A program made the translations under genes and the position numbers. DNA of 64,000 bases, taken from Vicinamibacterales bacterium. GTDB taxonomy: Bacteria > Acidobacteriota > Vicinamibacteria > Vicinamibacterales > UBA2999. Below the pieces are notes generated by a model. The model saw only the letters and a list, made by a program, of their open reading frames with translations. It searched no databases and had not been told where the DNA came from. Position 1 is the stretch's first letter. Every line of letters begins with the position of its first letter. The DNA lies in assembly GCA_050748045.1 (NCBI GenBank), contig JBOGIW010000612.1, positions 14,573 through 78,572 on the forward strand, in the 5' to 3' direction. This document shows positions 35,460 to 43,908 of this stretch, piece by piece.

Positions 35460-35765
35460 ATGCTTGATTGGGAAATGCTGATGCTGCTCGATGAGCGGGA
35501 GGACGAAGACGAGGCGACGCGATACGAACGCCGCGCGTTCCGGCAGGAGCTGCAGTGGAGCGTGTCGCCGCTCGTTTTCGCGGCCATCCTTCTCGCCCAC
35601 GGCGGCGCCGCGCTTGCCCGCCTGCTCTCGTCGCGAGCGCGGCGCGTGTGGACGGCCGTCCGAGGATCCGCGCGTCGGCGCTCCTTCGCCGCCGACACGA
35701 GCCCGTCACGAGAGCCGCTCGCACACGTCCACGCCGATGTGAGCTCCCCGATCGGCCGGCTCTGA
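35460..35765 (+). CDS. Small hypothetical protein (101 aa): acidic N-terminus, central hydrophobic segment, Arg-rich C-terminus; candidate scaffold or accessory peptide of the LanB-like enzyme
   Basis: MLDWEMLMLLDEREDEDEATRYERRAFRQELQWSVSPLVFAAILLAHGGAALARLL SSRARRVW... Third-codon positions are strongly G/C, as in real genes here. AAGGTGAG lies 5 nt upstream. The ORF ends 30 nt before the LanB-like gene. In-frame ATG 35424 is an alternative start. Confidence 0.45.
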   Translation: MLDWEMLMLLDEREDEDEATRYERRAFRQELQWSVSPLVFAAILLAHGGAALARLLSSRARRVWTAVRGSARRRSFAADTSPSREPLAHVHADVSSPIGRL

Positions 35766-35794
35766 TTCTCGCGCTGACCTTCCGAGGCCGAGCG

Positions 35795-38359
35795 ATGGCT
35801 GTTGATCGCGCAGCGTTCGTCGCCGATGCGCCACTCGACGCGGCACGCGAGCGGACCACCTCCGCGCCGCTGCACGTGTGGGAACACGAACGGCCGCTGC
35901 CGGGCGGCGACTGGGTCATCTGGCGTCCGACGGTCCTTCGCGGCACCGGCTTCCCGGTGTCGACCATGGCCGGTCTGGCGGGGATGCAAGCGCCATCGGC
36001 CGCGGACGAGTACTCCGACACTCGGGCCGACGTGATCCGTTTGCGCCGGCTCGCACTTGCGCAGATCGGCCAGGATCTGCGGGCGTGTCCTCCGAGCGCC
36101 CGCGCCGCGCTCCGTGCCAGGCGGCGTCGTATTCGTCAGGGGAGAATCGCGCGCGACGCCACGACTCACATCGAACGGGCGCTGGCATCCGCGACGGAGG
36201 CGCGCGTCGCGGCGCACGCTCGGTTGATGGAGGTGTACCGGGCGGAGACGCAGCTCATCGACGCGCGTCTTGCCGGGATCCTGGCCGACCCCCGCTTTCG
36301 CGAAGCAGTGCGGTGGCAAAATCCGCGCGCGCTCTCGCTGATCGATCGCAGGTTTCAAGCGCCGGCAGGCGCACGCGCCGACCGTCGCGCCGCAGGCGAT
36401 CTCGTCGCGATGCTCATTCAGCGCTACGCGCTCAAGAACGACAGCATCGGGTTCTTTGGACCGGTGGGGTGGGGCTCCCTTTCCGAGCAGGAGATGACGG
36501 TCGACATCTCGCCGGGTGCCGGCTTGCTCGCCCGCCGCGCGGTGTACTTCGAAGGGTGGTGCATCGACGCGCTCGCCGACGCGCTCGACGCGCATCCATC
36601 GGTCAGGTGCTGGACCGCGCCCCGTCTCGCCGGCGGCGTCTGGCAGGGAGAGAACGGCGTCGTGCACGTGCCTCTGGTTGGGCAGGTGGCCGTATCGGAA
36701 GGCGAGCGCCGTGTCCTGGCGTTGTGCGACGGGGAGCGCTCCGCGCGGGAGATCGCCGACGTCGTGCTCCGCCACCCTGAATCGGATCTGCGTTCCGAGG
36801 ACGACGTGTTTGCCGCGCTTCGTGCTCTCGTCGACAGACGGGTGCTCGTCTGGAGACTGGACGTCGCTCCTCAACTTCATCCCGACCACGAGCTCCGCAG
36901 GCGTCTCCATCGCATCGGCGATCCCCGGTTGCGCCAGGAGTGCTTCGCCGCGCTCGACGCGCTGGTCGAAGCGCGCGACGCGGTTGCGCGCGCCTCAGGC
37001 GATCCCGACGCACTCGACGAGAGGCTCACCGCGCTGAACACGACGTTTACGGGTCTCACAGGTCGCGCGCCGACGCGCCGCGTCGGACAGATGTATGCCG
37101 GCCGCACGCTGGTATACGAAGACTGCCGCCGTGCCGGCCGGGTCACCCTCGGCGCTGCATTCCTCGCGCGGCTCGGTCCGCCTCTCACGCTTGTCCTCGA
37201 GAGCGCCCGATGGGTGGCGGCGGAGCTCGCACGTGGATTCCGGGTGCAGATGCGGCAGTGTTATGCCGCGCTCGCGCGTGAACGGCGGGATGCGGTCGAC
37301 GCGCACGAGTTCTATACACGAGTCACGCAGATCCCGCTCGACGAACGGATGGCGCGCATTCGCGACGTGGAACGGCGATTCCGTGAGCGGTGGCAGTTCG
37401 CGCTCGGCGTGGACGGAGAGCCGCGCCGAGTGAGCCGATCGGTGGACCAGATCGCGCTCCGCGCCCGCGAGGCCTTCCTCTCGCGCTCGCCGCTATGGAG
37501 CAGGGTGAGGTTCCTCAGTCCGGACGTGCTGGTGGCCGCCGATGGCCCGGAAGCATTCCGCCGTGGCGACTTTCACTGCGTGCTCGGCGAGATCCACAGC
37601 GGCAACGGACTCCTCTGGTCCGCGCTGGCTTCGCAGCATCCCGATCCGCAGGAGCTCGCGGACGCGGTCGAGCGCGATGCGCGCGACGTCACGCCTATCG
37701 TGACCCAGGTCCTCAAGAGCGACTGGTCGGCCCGGCTGAACGTCGCGGCGCGTCCCCCGTGCGGCTGGCGGTACGAGTTTCACGACGATCGACCGAGCCA
37801 GCCCGGTTGCCGACCGATGCCGGCGGCAATGCTCGTTCCATCGGATGACGGCCTCACGGTGACGATGCGGACGCGCGACGGCAACCACGAGTTCGACGCG
37901 ATCGAGTTGTTCGGTCTGCCGCTGTGCTGGGAGGTGGACAGCGTCCTCAAGCAATACCTCCCGGACGCACCTCACGTGCCCCGCGTGACGATCGGCGCCT
38001 TGACTATCGCGCGCGAGCGTTGGTGCGCCACCCGCGACGAGCTGCCGTTCGTCACCGAGCCCGACCGTGCGGCGCGCTTCGCTGCGCTGCGCGCGTGGGC
38101 GCGCGGCCTCGGGCTCCCGCGACGCGTGTTCTACAAGTTCCCGCGCGAGCGCAAGCCGTGTTATCTGGACTTCGACAGCCCGCTGTACAGCGATCTCTTC
38201 CTGAAAGGCGTGCGCAGCCTCGAAGAGGGCATCGCGGTTCGCCTCGACGAGATGTTCCCGGGAATCGCCGAGACATGGCTCGCAGACGGCACCGGCGACC
38301 GGTACACCAGCGAGTTCCGGTTCGCCACTCGACTGGCGAGTCCCGGGTGCCTGGCATGA
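35795..38359 (+). CDS. Small LanB-like protein: lantibiotic-dehydratase N-terminal (glutamylation / aminoacyl-tRNA-using) domain only, no elimination domain (PEARL-like)
   Basis: 854 aa. WVIWRPTVLRGTGFP, ADPRFREAVRWQNPRAL and QRYALKNDSIGFFGPVGWG resemble the conserved 'dp.f.eAl..aSp.L' and '..Y..R...R.TPFGLFAG' blocks of LanB N-terminal domains. The length fits the ~800-aa N-domain. No SpaB_C-like C-terminal region follows. ATGA overlap with the next gene. Confidence 0.6.
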   Translation: MAVDRAAFVADAPLDAARERTTSAPLHVWEHERPLPGGDWVIWRPTVLRGTGFPVSTMAGLAGMQAPSAADEYSDTRADVIRLRRLALAQIGQDLRACPPSARAALRARRRRIRQGRIARDATTHIERALASATEARVAAHARLMEVYRAETQLIDARLAGILADPRFREAVRWQNPRALSLIDRRFQAPAGARADRRAAGDLVAMLIQRYALKNDSIGFFGPVGWGSLSEQEMTVDISPGAGLLARRAVYFEGWCIDALADALDAHPSVRCWTAPRLAGGVWQGENGVVHVPLVGQVAVSEGERRVLALCDGERSAREIADVVLRHPESDLRSEDDVFAALRALVDRRVLVWRLDVAPQLHPDHELRRRLHRIGDPRLRQECFAALDALVEARDAVARASGDPDALDERLTALNTTFTGLTGRAPTRRVGQMYAGRTLVYEDCRRAGRVTLGAAFLARLGPPLTLVLESARWVAAELARGFRVQMRQCYAALARERRDAVDAHEFYTRVTQIPLDERMARIRDVERRFRERWQFALGVDGEPRRVSRSVDQIALRAREAFLSRSPLWSRVRFLSPDVLVAADGPEAFRRGDFHCVLGEIHSGNGLLWSALASQHPDPQELADAVERDARDVTPIVTQVLKSDWSARLNVAARPPCGWRYEFHDDRPSQPGCRPMPAAMLVPSDDGLTVTMRTRDGNHEFDAIELFGLPLCWEVDSVLKQYLPDAPHVPRVTIGALTIARERWCATRDELPFVTEPDRAARFAALRAWARGLGLPRRVFYKFPRERKPCYLDFDSPLYSDLFLKGVRSLEEGIAVRLDEMFPGIAETWLADGTGDRYTSEFRFATRLASPGCLA

Positions 38360-40137
38360 CCGTCACCAATCGCTTCGAAGCCCGGGCCGCGGCGTCTCCG
38401 GAGGCCGTTGCGCTGATCGCCAACGATCGGACGTGCACGTATCGCGCCCTCAACGCGCGGGCCAATCGGCTGGCGTGGCATCTCCGCGAGCGCGGCGTCG
38501 GACCGGAGACGATTGTCGGCATCTGCATCCCACGAAGCATCGATTTCGTCGTGGCGCTGCTCGCGGTCGCGAAAGCCGGGGGTGCGTACCTCGCCATCGA
38601 CGTCGATCATCCACGCCAGCGAGCCGAGTGGATGCTGCGCGACACCGGCGCGCGTCTTCTCCTGGCGACGGCCGACACCCGCGGACTGGTCTGCGCGGCG
38701 CCCGTGATCGTGCTGACCGAGCTCGATGAGGTCCTGGACCATCAGCGCCACGACAATCCGGCCTCGCCTGCCAGCCCCGATGGCCTCTTCAAGGTCGTTT
38801 ATACGTCGGGCAGTACAGGTCGACCCAAAGGCGTGCTGGTGCCGATGCGGGCCGTCCTGCACCGACTCGATGCGATGGCGGCCCGCTTCCCGTTCGTCAA
38901 CGGCGATGTTGCGCTGCTCCATCGATCGTCGATGATCGCCGGATCGTCGTGGGATGCGCTCGGCCCGCTCATCGCCGGCGTGCCGACGCTCGTGATGCCC
39001 ACGTTCGACCCGATGGATGCCGCCGTGTGGGAGCTGGTTGCGAGGACGCGTGTCTCGCATCTCGCCGCCGGACCATCCTTGTGGCACCTCATCCTGACCA
39101 TGGCGGAGCGGTCGGCCGTCCGCTGGGATGCGCTGCGCATGGTAATCGTCGGCGGCGAGCGTGCCAGCCGCAAGCTCGTGACACGTTTCGCTCGCGCCTT
39201 CCCGCACGCGTCTCTCGTCAACATCTATGGGCTGACCGAGAGCATCTATCCGTGCGGCTGCGACGCAACGCTCACCGCCGCCTGCGGATCGTACGTTCCG
39301 GCGGGAGGGCCGTTCCCGGACGTGTCCGTCGCCGTCGTCGACGACGCCGGACGCGCGCAGCCCCATGGTACGTCCGGACATATCTGCCTCGCAGGCCCGG
39401 GCACGGCACGCGGATATCTGCACGCGCCGAGCCTCACCGCAGAGAAATTCGCCCCTAATCCCTCGGGCGCCACGCCCGGCGAGCGCATGTTCAGGACCGG
39501 TGACCGGGGCCGGTGGCGCGCCGACGGGGTGCTCGAGGTGCTCGGCCGCCGCGACAATCAGGTGAAGGTGCGCGGAACACGCGTCGAGCTCGCCGAAGTA
39601 GAAGCGGTGCTGTCGGCGTCGCCCGGCGTCAGCGAAGCGGCCGTCACGAGCCACACGGCGGACGAGGGCGAATCGCGCATCGTCGGATACGTCGTGCCCG
39701 AGCCTGGCGTGTCGATTTCCATCCGCGAGCTGCGCGCGTCACTTGCACGCGCGCTGCCGGCGGGGGCCGTTCCCGCGGCGTTCGTCGTGCTCGCAGAGAT
39801 GCCGATCACCTCACAGGGCAAGGTCGATCGCGCGCGGCTGCCGGCGCCGGCGACCACGGGGGCCGACGACAGACACAGCGGCCCGGCGCCGCGCACGAAC
39901 ACCGAACGGGCCATTGCCCGGATCTGGCGGGAGCTGCTGAACGTACCTCAGGTCGGTGTGCACGACGACTTCATCAGTCTCGGCGGCACGTCGCTGGCCG
40001 GCATGTACGTCGCGTCGCGGATCCGCCAGGAGTTCGGAATCAGTTTGTCGTTTGATACGGTGCTCGGCGCACCGGGACTCGACGCGCTCGCCTCGTATGT
40101 CGACGCCGCGCAGGAGCGGAAGGCCCACGGCGCATGA
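38356..40137 (+). CDS. Stand-alone A-T didomain with a non-amino-acid (carboxylic/aryl/keto acid-type) adenylation pocket
   Basis: YTSGSTGRPKG, FRTGDRGRW, KVRGTRVELAEVE, QGKVDRARLP. T: FISLGGTSL. The position equivalent to Asp235 (FDxS) reads IAGSSWD, so Ala replaces Asp. The A5 core reads YGLTES instead of YGPTE. Confidence 0.85.
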   Translation: MTVTNRFEARAAASPEAVALIANDRTCTYRALNARANRLAWHLRERGVGPETIVGICIPRSIDFVVALLAVAKAGGAYLAIDVDHPRQRAEWMLRDTGARLLLATADTRGLVCAAPVIVLTELDEVLDHQRHDNPASPASPDGLFKVVYTSGSTGRPKGVLVPMRAVLHRLDAMAARFPFVNGDVALLHRSSMIAGSSWDALGPLIAGVPTLVMPTFDPMDAAVWELVARTRVSHLAAGPSLWHLILTMAERSAVRWDALRMVIVGGERASRKLVTRFARAFPHASLVNIYGLTESIYPCGCDATLTAACGSYVPAGGPFPDVSVAVVDDAGRAQPHGTSGHICLAGPGTARGYLHAPSLTAEKFAPNPSGATPGERMFRTGDRGRWRADGVLEVLGRRDNQVKVRGTRVELAEVEAVLSASPGVSEAAVTSHTADEGESRIVGYVVPEPGVSISIRELRASLARALPAGAVPAAFVVLAEMPITSQGKVDRARLPAPATTGADDRHSGPAPRTNTERAIARIWRELLNVPQVGVHDDFISLGGTSLAGMYVASRIRQEFGISLSFDTVLGAPGLDALASYVDAAQERKAHGA

Positions 40138-41015
40138 TCGCGAATCCCTCTGCTGAACATCAGGAGGCCGCGTGCGCGCCGGCTGTTCTTTCCGGCGCCG
40201 GCGAGCTGACCTGTCGCGATCTCAGGAGCCACCAGGACCTGGAGAGCGCGGCCGCGCTGGAAACCGAGATCTGGGGGTACACGGATCGTCTCGACGCGCT
40301 GCCACCCTCGCTTCTCTCGGCCTCGATCCGCGTCGGGGGCCTCCTGCTGGGCGCGTTCGACGCGGATCGCCTCGTGGGATTCGTCTACTCGTTTCCCGCG
40401 ATTCGGAACGGCGAGACGATCCACTGGTCGCATCGGCTTGGCGTCGCAGAAGCATACAGGAGCACGGGCGTCGGGCACTGGTTGAAGCTGGAGCAGCGGA
40501 GGCGTGTGGCCGCGCTCGGTCTCAACCTCGTTGCCTGGACCTACGACCCTATGCTGGCGGCGAACGCGCACCTGAACCTGACGAAATTGCGCGCCACGGC
40601 GGCGCGATACGAAACTGACGTGTACGGCACCTCGAGCAGCCCGCTGCATGCCGGAATCCCGACGGATCGGCTCGTCGTGGACTGGCGGATCGGCGGCGCG
40701 ACCGGCGAACCCGACGCGGATCGAAGTCGTCGGCGCCACACCGCCATCTGCGACGCCCCGGTCGTGAACAGGACGCGACGCGGTCGCGTCTGGCCTGCAT
40801 GCGCCGCCCTCGAGCTCTCGTGTCCGTCAGATACCGTGCGCGTCGAGATTCCACTCGGGTTCACCCAGATGCTGCGCCGCGATCGCGGGCTGGCGCTGCA
40901 GTGGCGACTGGCGACGCGCGCGGTCTTCACGACGTATTTCGGTGCCGGATTCACTGCGGTCGACTTCGCCGTCTGTCGCGACCGCGGGCTCGGATGGTAC
41001 CTGTTGACGCGCTGA
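40134..41015 (+). CDS. GNAT-fold acyltransferase-like protein (COG3375-like), function unknown
   Basis: LETEIWGY...PSLLSASIRVGGLLLGAFD..LVGFVYSFPA...SHRLGVAEAYRSTGVGHWLKLEQRR.ALGLNLVAWTYDPMLAANAHLNLTKL resembles the 'predicted GNAT superfamily acetyltransferase' family. ATGA overlap with the previous gene. Confidence 0.45.
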   Translation: MIANPSAEHQEAACAPAVLSGAGELTCRDLRSHQDLESAAALETEIWGYTDRLDALPPSLLSASIRVGGLLLGAFDADRLVGFVYSFPAIRNGETIHWSHRLGVAEAYRSTGVGHWLKLEQRRRVAALGLNLVAWTYDPMLAANAHLNLTKLRATAARYETDVYGTSSSPLHAGIPTDRLVVDWRIGGATGEPDADRSRRRHTAICDAPVVNRTRRGRVWPACAALELSCPSDTVRVEIPLGFTQMLRRDRGLALQWRLATRAVFTTYFGAGFTAVDFAVCRDRGLGWYLLTR

Positions 41016-41053
41016 CTTCCGTCGCGACCGACGCATCCGTAGGAGTGCCGTGC

Positions 41054-43867
41054 ATGACCGTGCCGCCGCAGGACGGGCGTGAGCCCGAGCGAGAGTGTGA
41101 CATCGCCGTGATCGGCATGGCCGGGAGGTTTCCCGGCGCAAGGGACGTCGACGAGCTGTGGCGCAATCTCTCGAACGGCGTCGAGTCGATTTCGGAACTG
41201 ACGTCGTCGGACCTCGTCCAGGCCGGCGTGCCGCGAGCGGACCTCGAGCATCCCAACTATGTCCGCGCGCGCGGGCTGCTGGCGGACGCCGAGTGCTTCG
41301 ACGCGGCGTTCTTCGGAGTCACGCCGGCGGAAGCCACGGTCATGGACCCGCAGCACCGCCTGCTGCTGGAGTGTGCATGGGCGGCACTGGAGCACGCGGG
41401 GTACGCCCCGGACAGCGTCCCAGGGGTCGTCGGCGTCTACGCCGGCGCGAGTGCCAGCGATCACCGCGCCAGGCTGGGATCTCGCCCCGAGCTATGCGAT
41501 CTCCTCGGCGGCTACCTGGTGCAGGTTGGCAACGACGTCGATTTCCTCACGACGCGGATCTCGTACAAGCTGAACCTCAAGGGACCGAGCATCGCGGTGC
41601 AGACATCGTGCTCGACCTCCCTCGTCGTCGTCCATCTCGCATGCCAGGCCCTGTTGAACGGCGAGTGCGACCTGGCGCTGGCGGGCGGCGTGAACGTATC
41701 GACCCTGCGGCGCATCGGCTATCTCTATCAGGAGGCCGGGATTCGATCGCCCGACGGACACTGCCGGCCGTTCGACGCAGGCGCGAAGGGAATGGTCAGC
41801 GGTGCAGGGCTCGGCCTGGTGGTGATCAAGCCGTTGCGCGCCGCGCGGCGCGACCGCGATTTCGTTCACGCGGTCATCAAGGGTTCCGCCGTGAACAATG
41901 ACGGCCGCGCAAAGGTGAGCTACACGGCGCCGAGCGTGGACGGGCAGGCCACGGCCATTCGCGAGGCGCTGTCATGGGCCGCCGTCGATCCCGCGACGAT
42001 CGGCTATGTCGAAGCGCACGGCACCGGCACGCATCTCGGCGATCCCATCGAGATCGCGGCGCTCACCGACGTCTTTCGCGCCTCCACCTCGCGGCGCTCG
42101 AAGTGCCCCGTCGGGTCGATCAAGGCGAACATCGGCCACCTGTCGGCCGCGGCGGGCGTCGCCGGCCTCATCAAGACGATTCTGATCCTGAAACATGGAT
42201 GCGTCCCCCCGAACCCGTACTTCCGGGCGCCGAATCCGGAAGCGCGGCTCGACGAGAGTCCCTTCTACGTCAACCAGGGGGCGGTGGACTGGCCGGCGAC
42301 GGCCCATCCGCGCCGCGCCCTGGTCAGCGCCCTCGGCATTGGCGGCACGAATGCGCACTTGGTGCTCGAGGAAGCACCGGTGCACGCGCCGACAACCCCC
42401 TCGAACACCTGGCACGTCCTGACTTTGTCTGCCCGCACGGCATCGGCTCTCGATGCGATGACCCAGAACCTCTCGGGGCACCTCACCTCCGCGGCTGCGC
42501 CCTCGTTGCCGGATCTCGCCCACACGCTCCACGCTGGTCGGACCGGCTTTTCCTACCGCCGCGCGATCACATGCCGCGACATCGACGGTGCCGTGCGGGC
42601 GCTTCGCGGTGAGGAGGGCGCACGTGCATGGACGGGCGTCGCCTCGGAGGAGCCTCCGCCCGCCGCATTCATGTTTCCTGGCGTCGGCACGCAGTACGTG
42701 GGCATGGCGGCGGAGCTGTACCGCGAAGATGCGCTGTTCCGACAGGAGCTGGATCGATGTTTCGACGTCCTCGCTCGTCACTCGGACGTGAACTTCCGGG
42801 ACGTGCTCTACCGGCCTGACTCCCAGACCGATCCCACGACGATCGATCGCGCTGTCGTCGTGAATCCGCTCGTGTTCGCCGTCGCCTATGGCGTCGCGAT
42901 CCGCTGGACGCAGTGCGGAATTCGTCCGGCCGCGCTCATCGGCCACAGCCTGGGCGAGTACGCAGCCGCCACGCTGGCGGGCGTGTTCACGCTCGAGCAT
43001 GCGCTCGAGCTCATGTTGACGCGCGGCCGCCTCATCGAGCGCGTCCCTCCTGGCGCGATGCTCGCGGTACCTCTCTCCGAGGAGGAGACGCTTCCGTATC
43101 TCAACGACGACGTCTCGCTTGCATCCGTGAACGCGCCGACGGCGTGCATCCTGTCGGGGGCGCCTGCGGCAATCGCCGCAGTCGAGGCCGCACTGCACCA
43201 GCGTGGCACCGCGTGCCGGGCGCTGCGCTTCCCTCACGCTCCTCATTCCGCGATGATGGACCCCATCCTTGGCGAGTTCGCCGACCACGTTCGCGCGGCG
43301 GCACCGAAAGCTCCACGAATTCCACTGGTGTCGAGCGTCACCGGCACGTGGATCACGCCCGCGCAGGCTGAGGACCCGCACTACTGGGCCTCGCACCTTC
43401 GCCGCACGGTACGATTCGCCGAAGGACTTCGGTGCGTGTTGAGCAATCCGCGGCAGCTCCTCATCGAGATGGGGCCCGGCCGCAGCCTGAGCCGGCTCGT
43501 GAAGCGGCAGGGGGCGGGCGCGGCCAAACGACAGGTCATCCCCACGCTTTGCGCACCCGACGATGACACACCCGATCGGGAGCTGTTCGCGCGCGGGCTC
43601 GCCCGCTGCTGGGCGGCTGGCGTGCGGGTCGAGTGGACGCACTACACCGGCGCCGAGCCGCGGTACCGCGTGCCGCTGCCGACGTATCCATTCGAGCGAA
43701 CGCGGTATGCGCTCGAGACCAGCACGGGCGCGCCCTCGCCAAGCGATGCGAGCGGCCATACCGCGCGCACGGCCGACGATCGAGGGGCGCCTGGGTCGGA
43801 TCTGGAACGCGTCATCACCGACCAGCTTCGTCTGATGTCGGCGCAGCTCGACGCACTCCAGGGCTGA
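41054..43867 (+). CDS. Type I PKS fragment: KS-AT only (no ACP, KR, DH)
   Basis: KS: IAVIGMAGRFPGA, VQTSCSTSLVVVHLAC, EAHGTGTHLGDPIE, KANIGHLSAAAG. AT: GHSLGEYAAATLAG, FPHAPHSAMM (HAFH-like, suggesting malonyl). C-terminal tail GSDLERVITDQLRLMSAQLDALQG. AGGAG 8 nt upstream. Confidence 0.9.
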   Translation: MTVPPQDGREPERECDIAVIGMAGRFPGARDVDELWRNLSNGVESISELTSSDLVQAGVPRADLEHPNYVRARGLLADAECFDAAFFGVTPAEATVMDPQHRLLLECAWAALEHAGYAPDSVPGVVGVYAGASASDHRARLGSRPELCDLLGGYLVQVGNDVDFLTTRISYKLNLKGPSIAVQTSCSTSLVVVHLACQALLNGECDLALAGGVNVSTLRRIGYLYQEAGIRSPDGHCRPFDAGAKGMVSGAGLGLVVIKPLRAARRDRDFVHAVIKGSAVNNDGRAKVSYTAPSVDGQATAIREALSWAAVDPATIGYVEAHGTGTHLGDPIEIAALTDVFRASTSRRSKCPVGSIKANIGHLSAAAGVAGLIKTILILKHGCVPPNPYFRAPNPEARLDESPFYVNQGAVDWPATAHPRRALVSALGIGGTNAHLVLEEAPVHAPTTPSNTWHVLTLSARTASALDAMTQNLSGHLTSAAAPSLPDLAHTLHAGRTGFSYRRAITCRDIDGAVRALRGEEGARAWTGVASEEPPPAAFMFPGVGTQYVGMAAELYREDALFRQELDRCFDVLARHSDVNFRDVLYRPDSQTDPTTIDRAVVVNPLVFAVAYGVAIRWTQCGIRPAALIGHSLGEYAAATLAGVFTLEHALELMLTRGRLIERVPPGAMLAVPLSEEETLPYLNDDVSLASVNAPTACILSGAPAAIAAVEAALHQRGTACRALRFPHAPHSAMMDPILGEFADHVRAAAPKAPRIPLVSSVTGTWITPAQAEDPHYWASHLRRTVRFAEGLRCVLSNPRQLLIEMGPGRSLSRLVKRQGAGAAKRQVIPTLCAPDDDTPDRELFARGLARCWAAGVRVEWTHYTGAEPRYRVPLPTYPFERTRYALETSTGAPSPSDASGHTARTADDRGAPGSDLERVITDQLRLMSAQLDALQG

Positions 43868-43908
43868 TCGTTCCAGCTCGCCTCGCTCCTTCTCAGCGCG
43901 AGAGTTCC

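Noticed and set aside
35555-35794. N-terminal extensions offered by the ORF track for the LanB-like gene. Analogous extensions occur at 10590 (TauD), 12029 (MbtH), 26021 (rSAM), 29218 (A-MT-T), 32474 (aminotransferase), 37924 (A-T), 40799 (KS-AT), 43633 (purF) and 49584 (NRPS).
   Set aside because: The extensions overlap the preceding genes, have non-protein-like composition and lack RBSs. Internal starts with an SD-like sequence or stop/start overlap give proteins that begin where the family normally begins.
42405-42430. TGGCAC strings (here, and near 57708 and 62720) as possible sigma-54 -24 elements
   Set aside because: None has a TTGC-like -12 element at the correct spacing. They lie inside a PKS coding region or in decayed DNA, not upstream of an operon.
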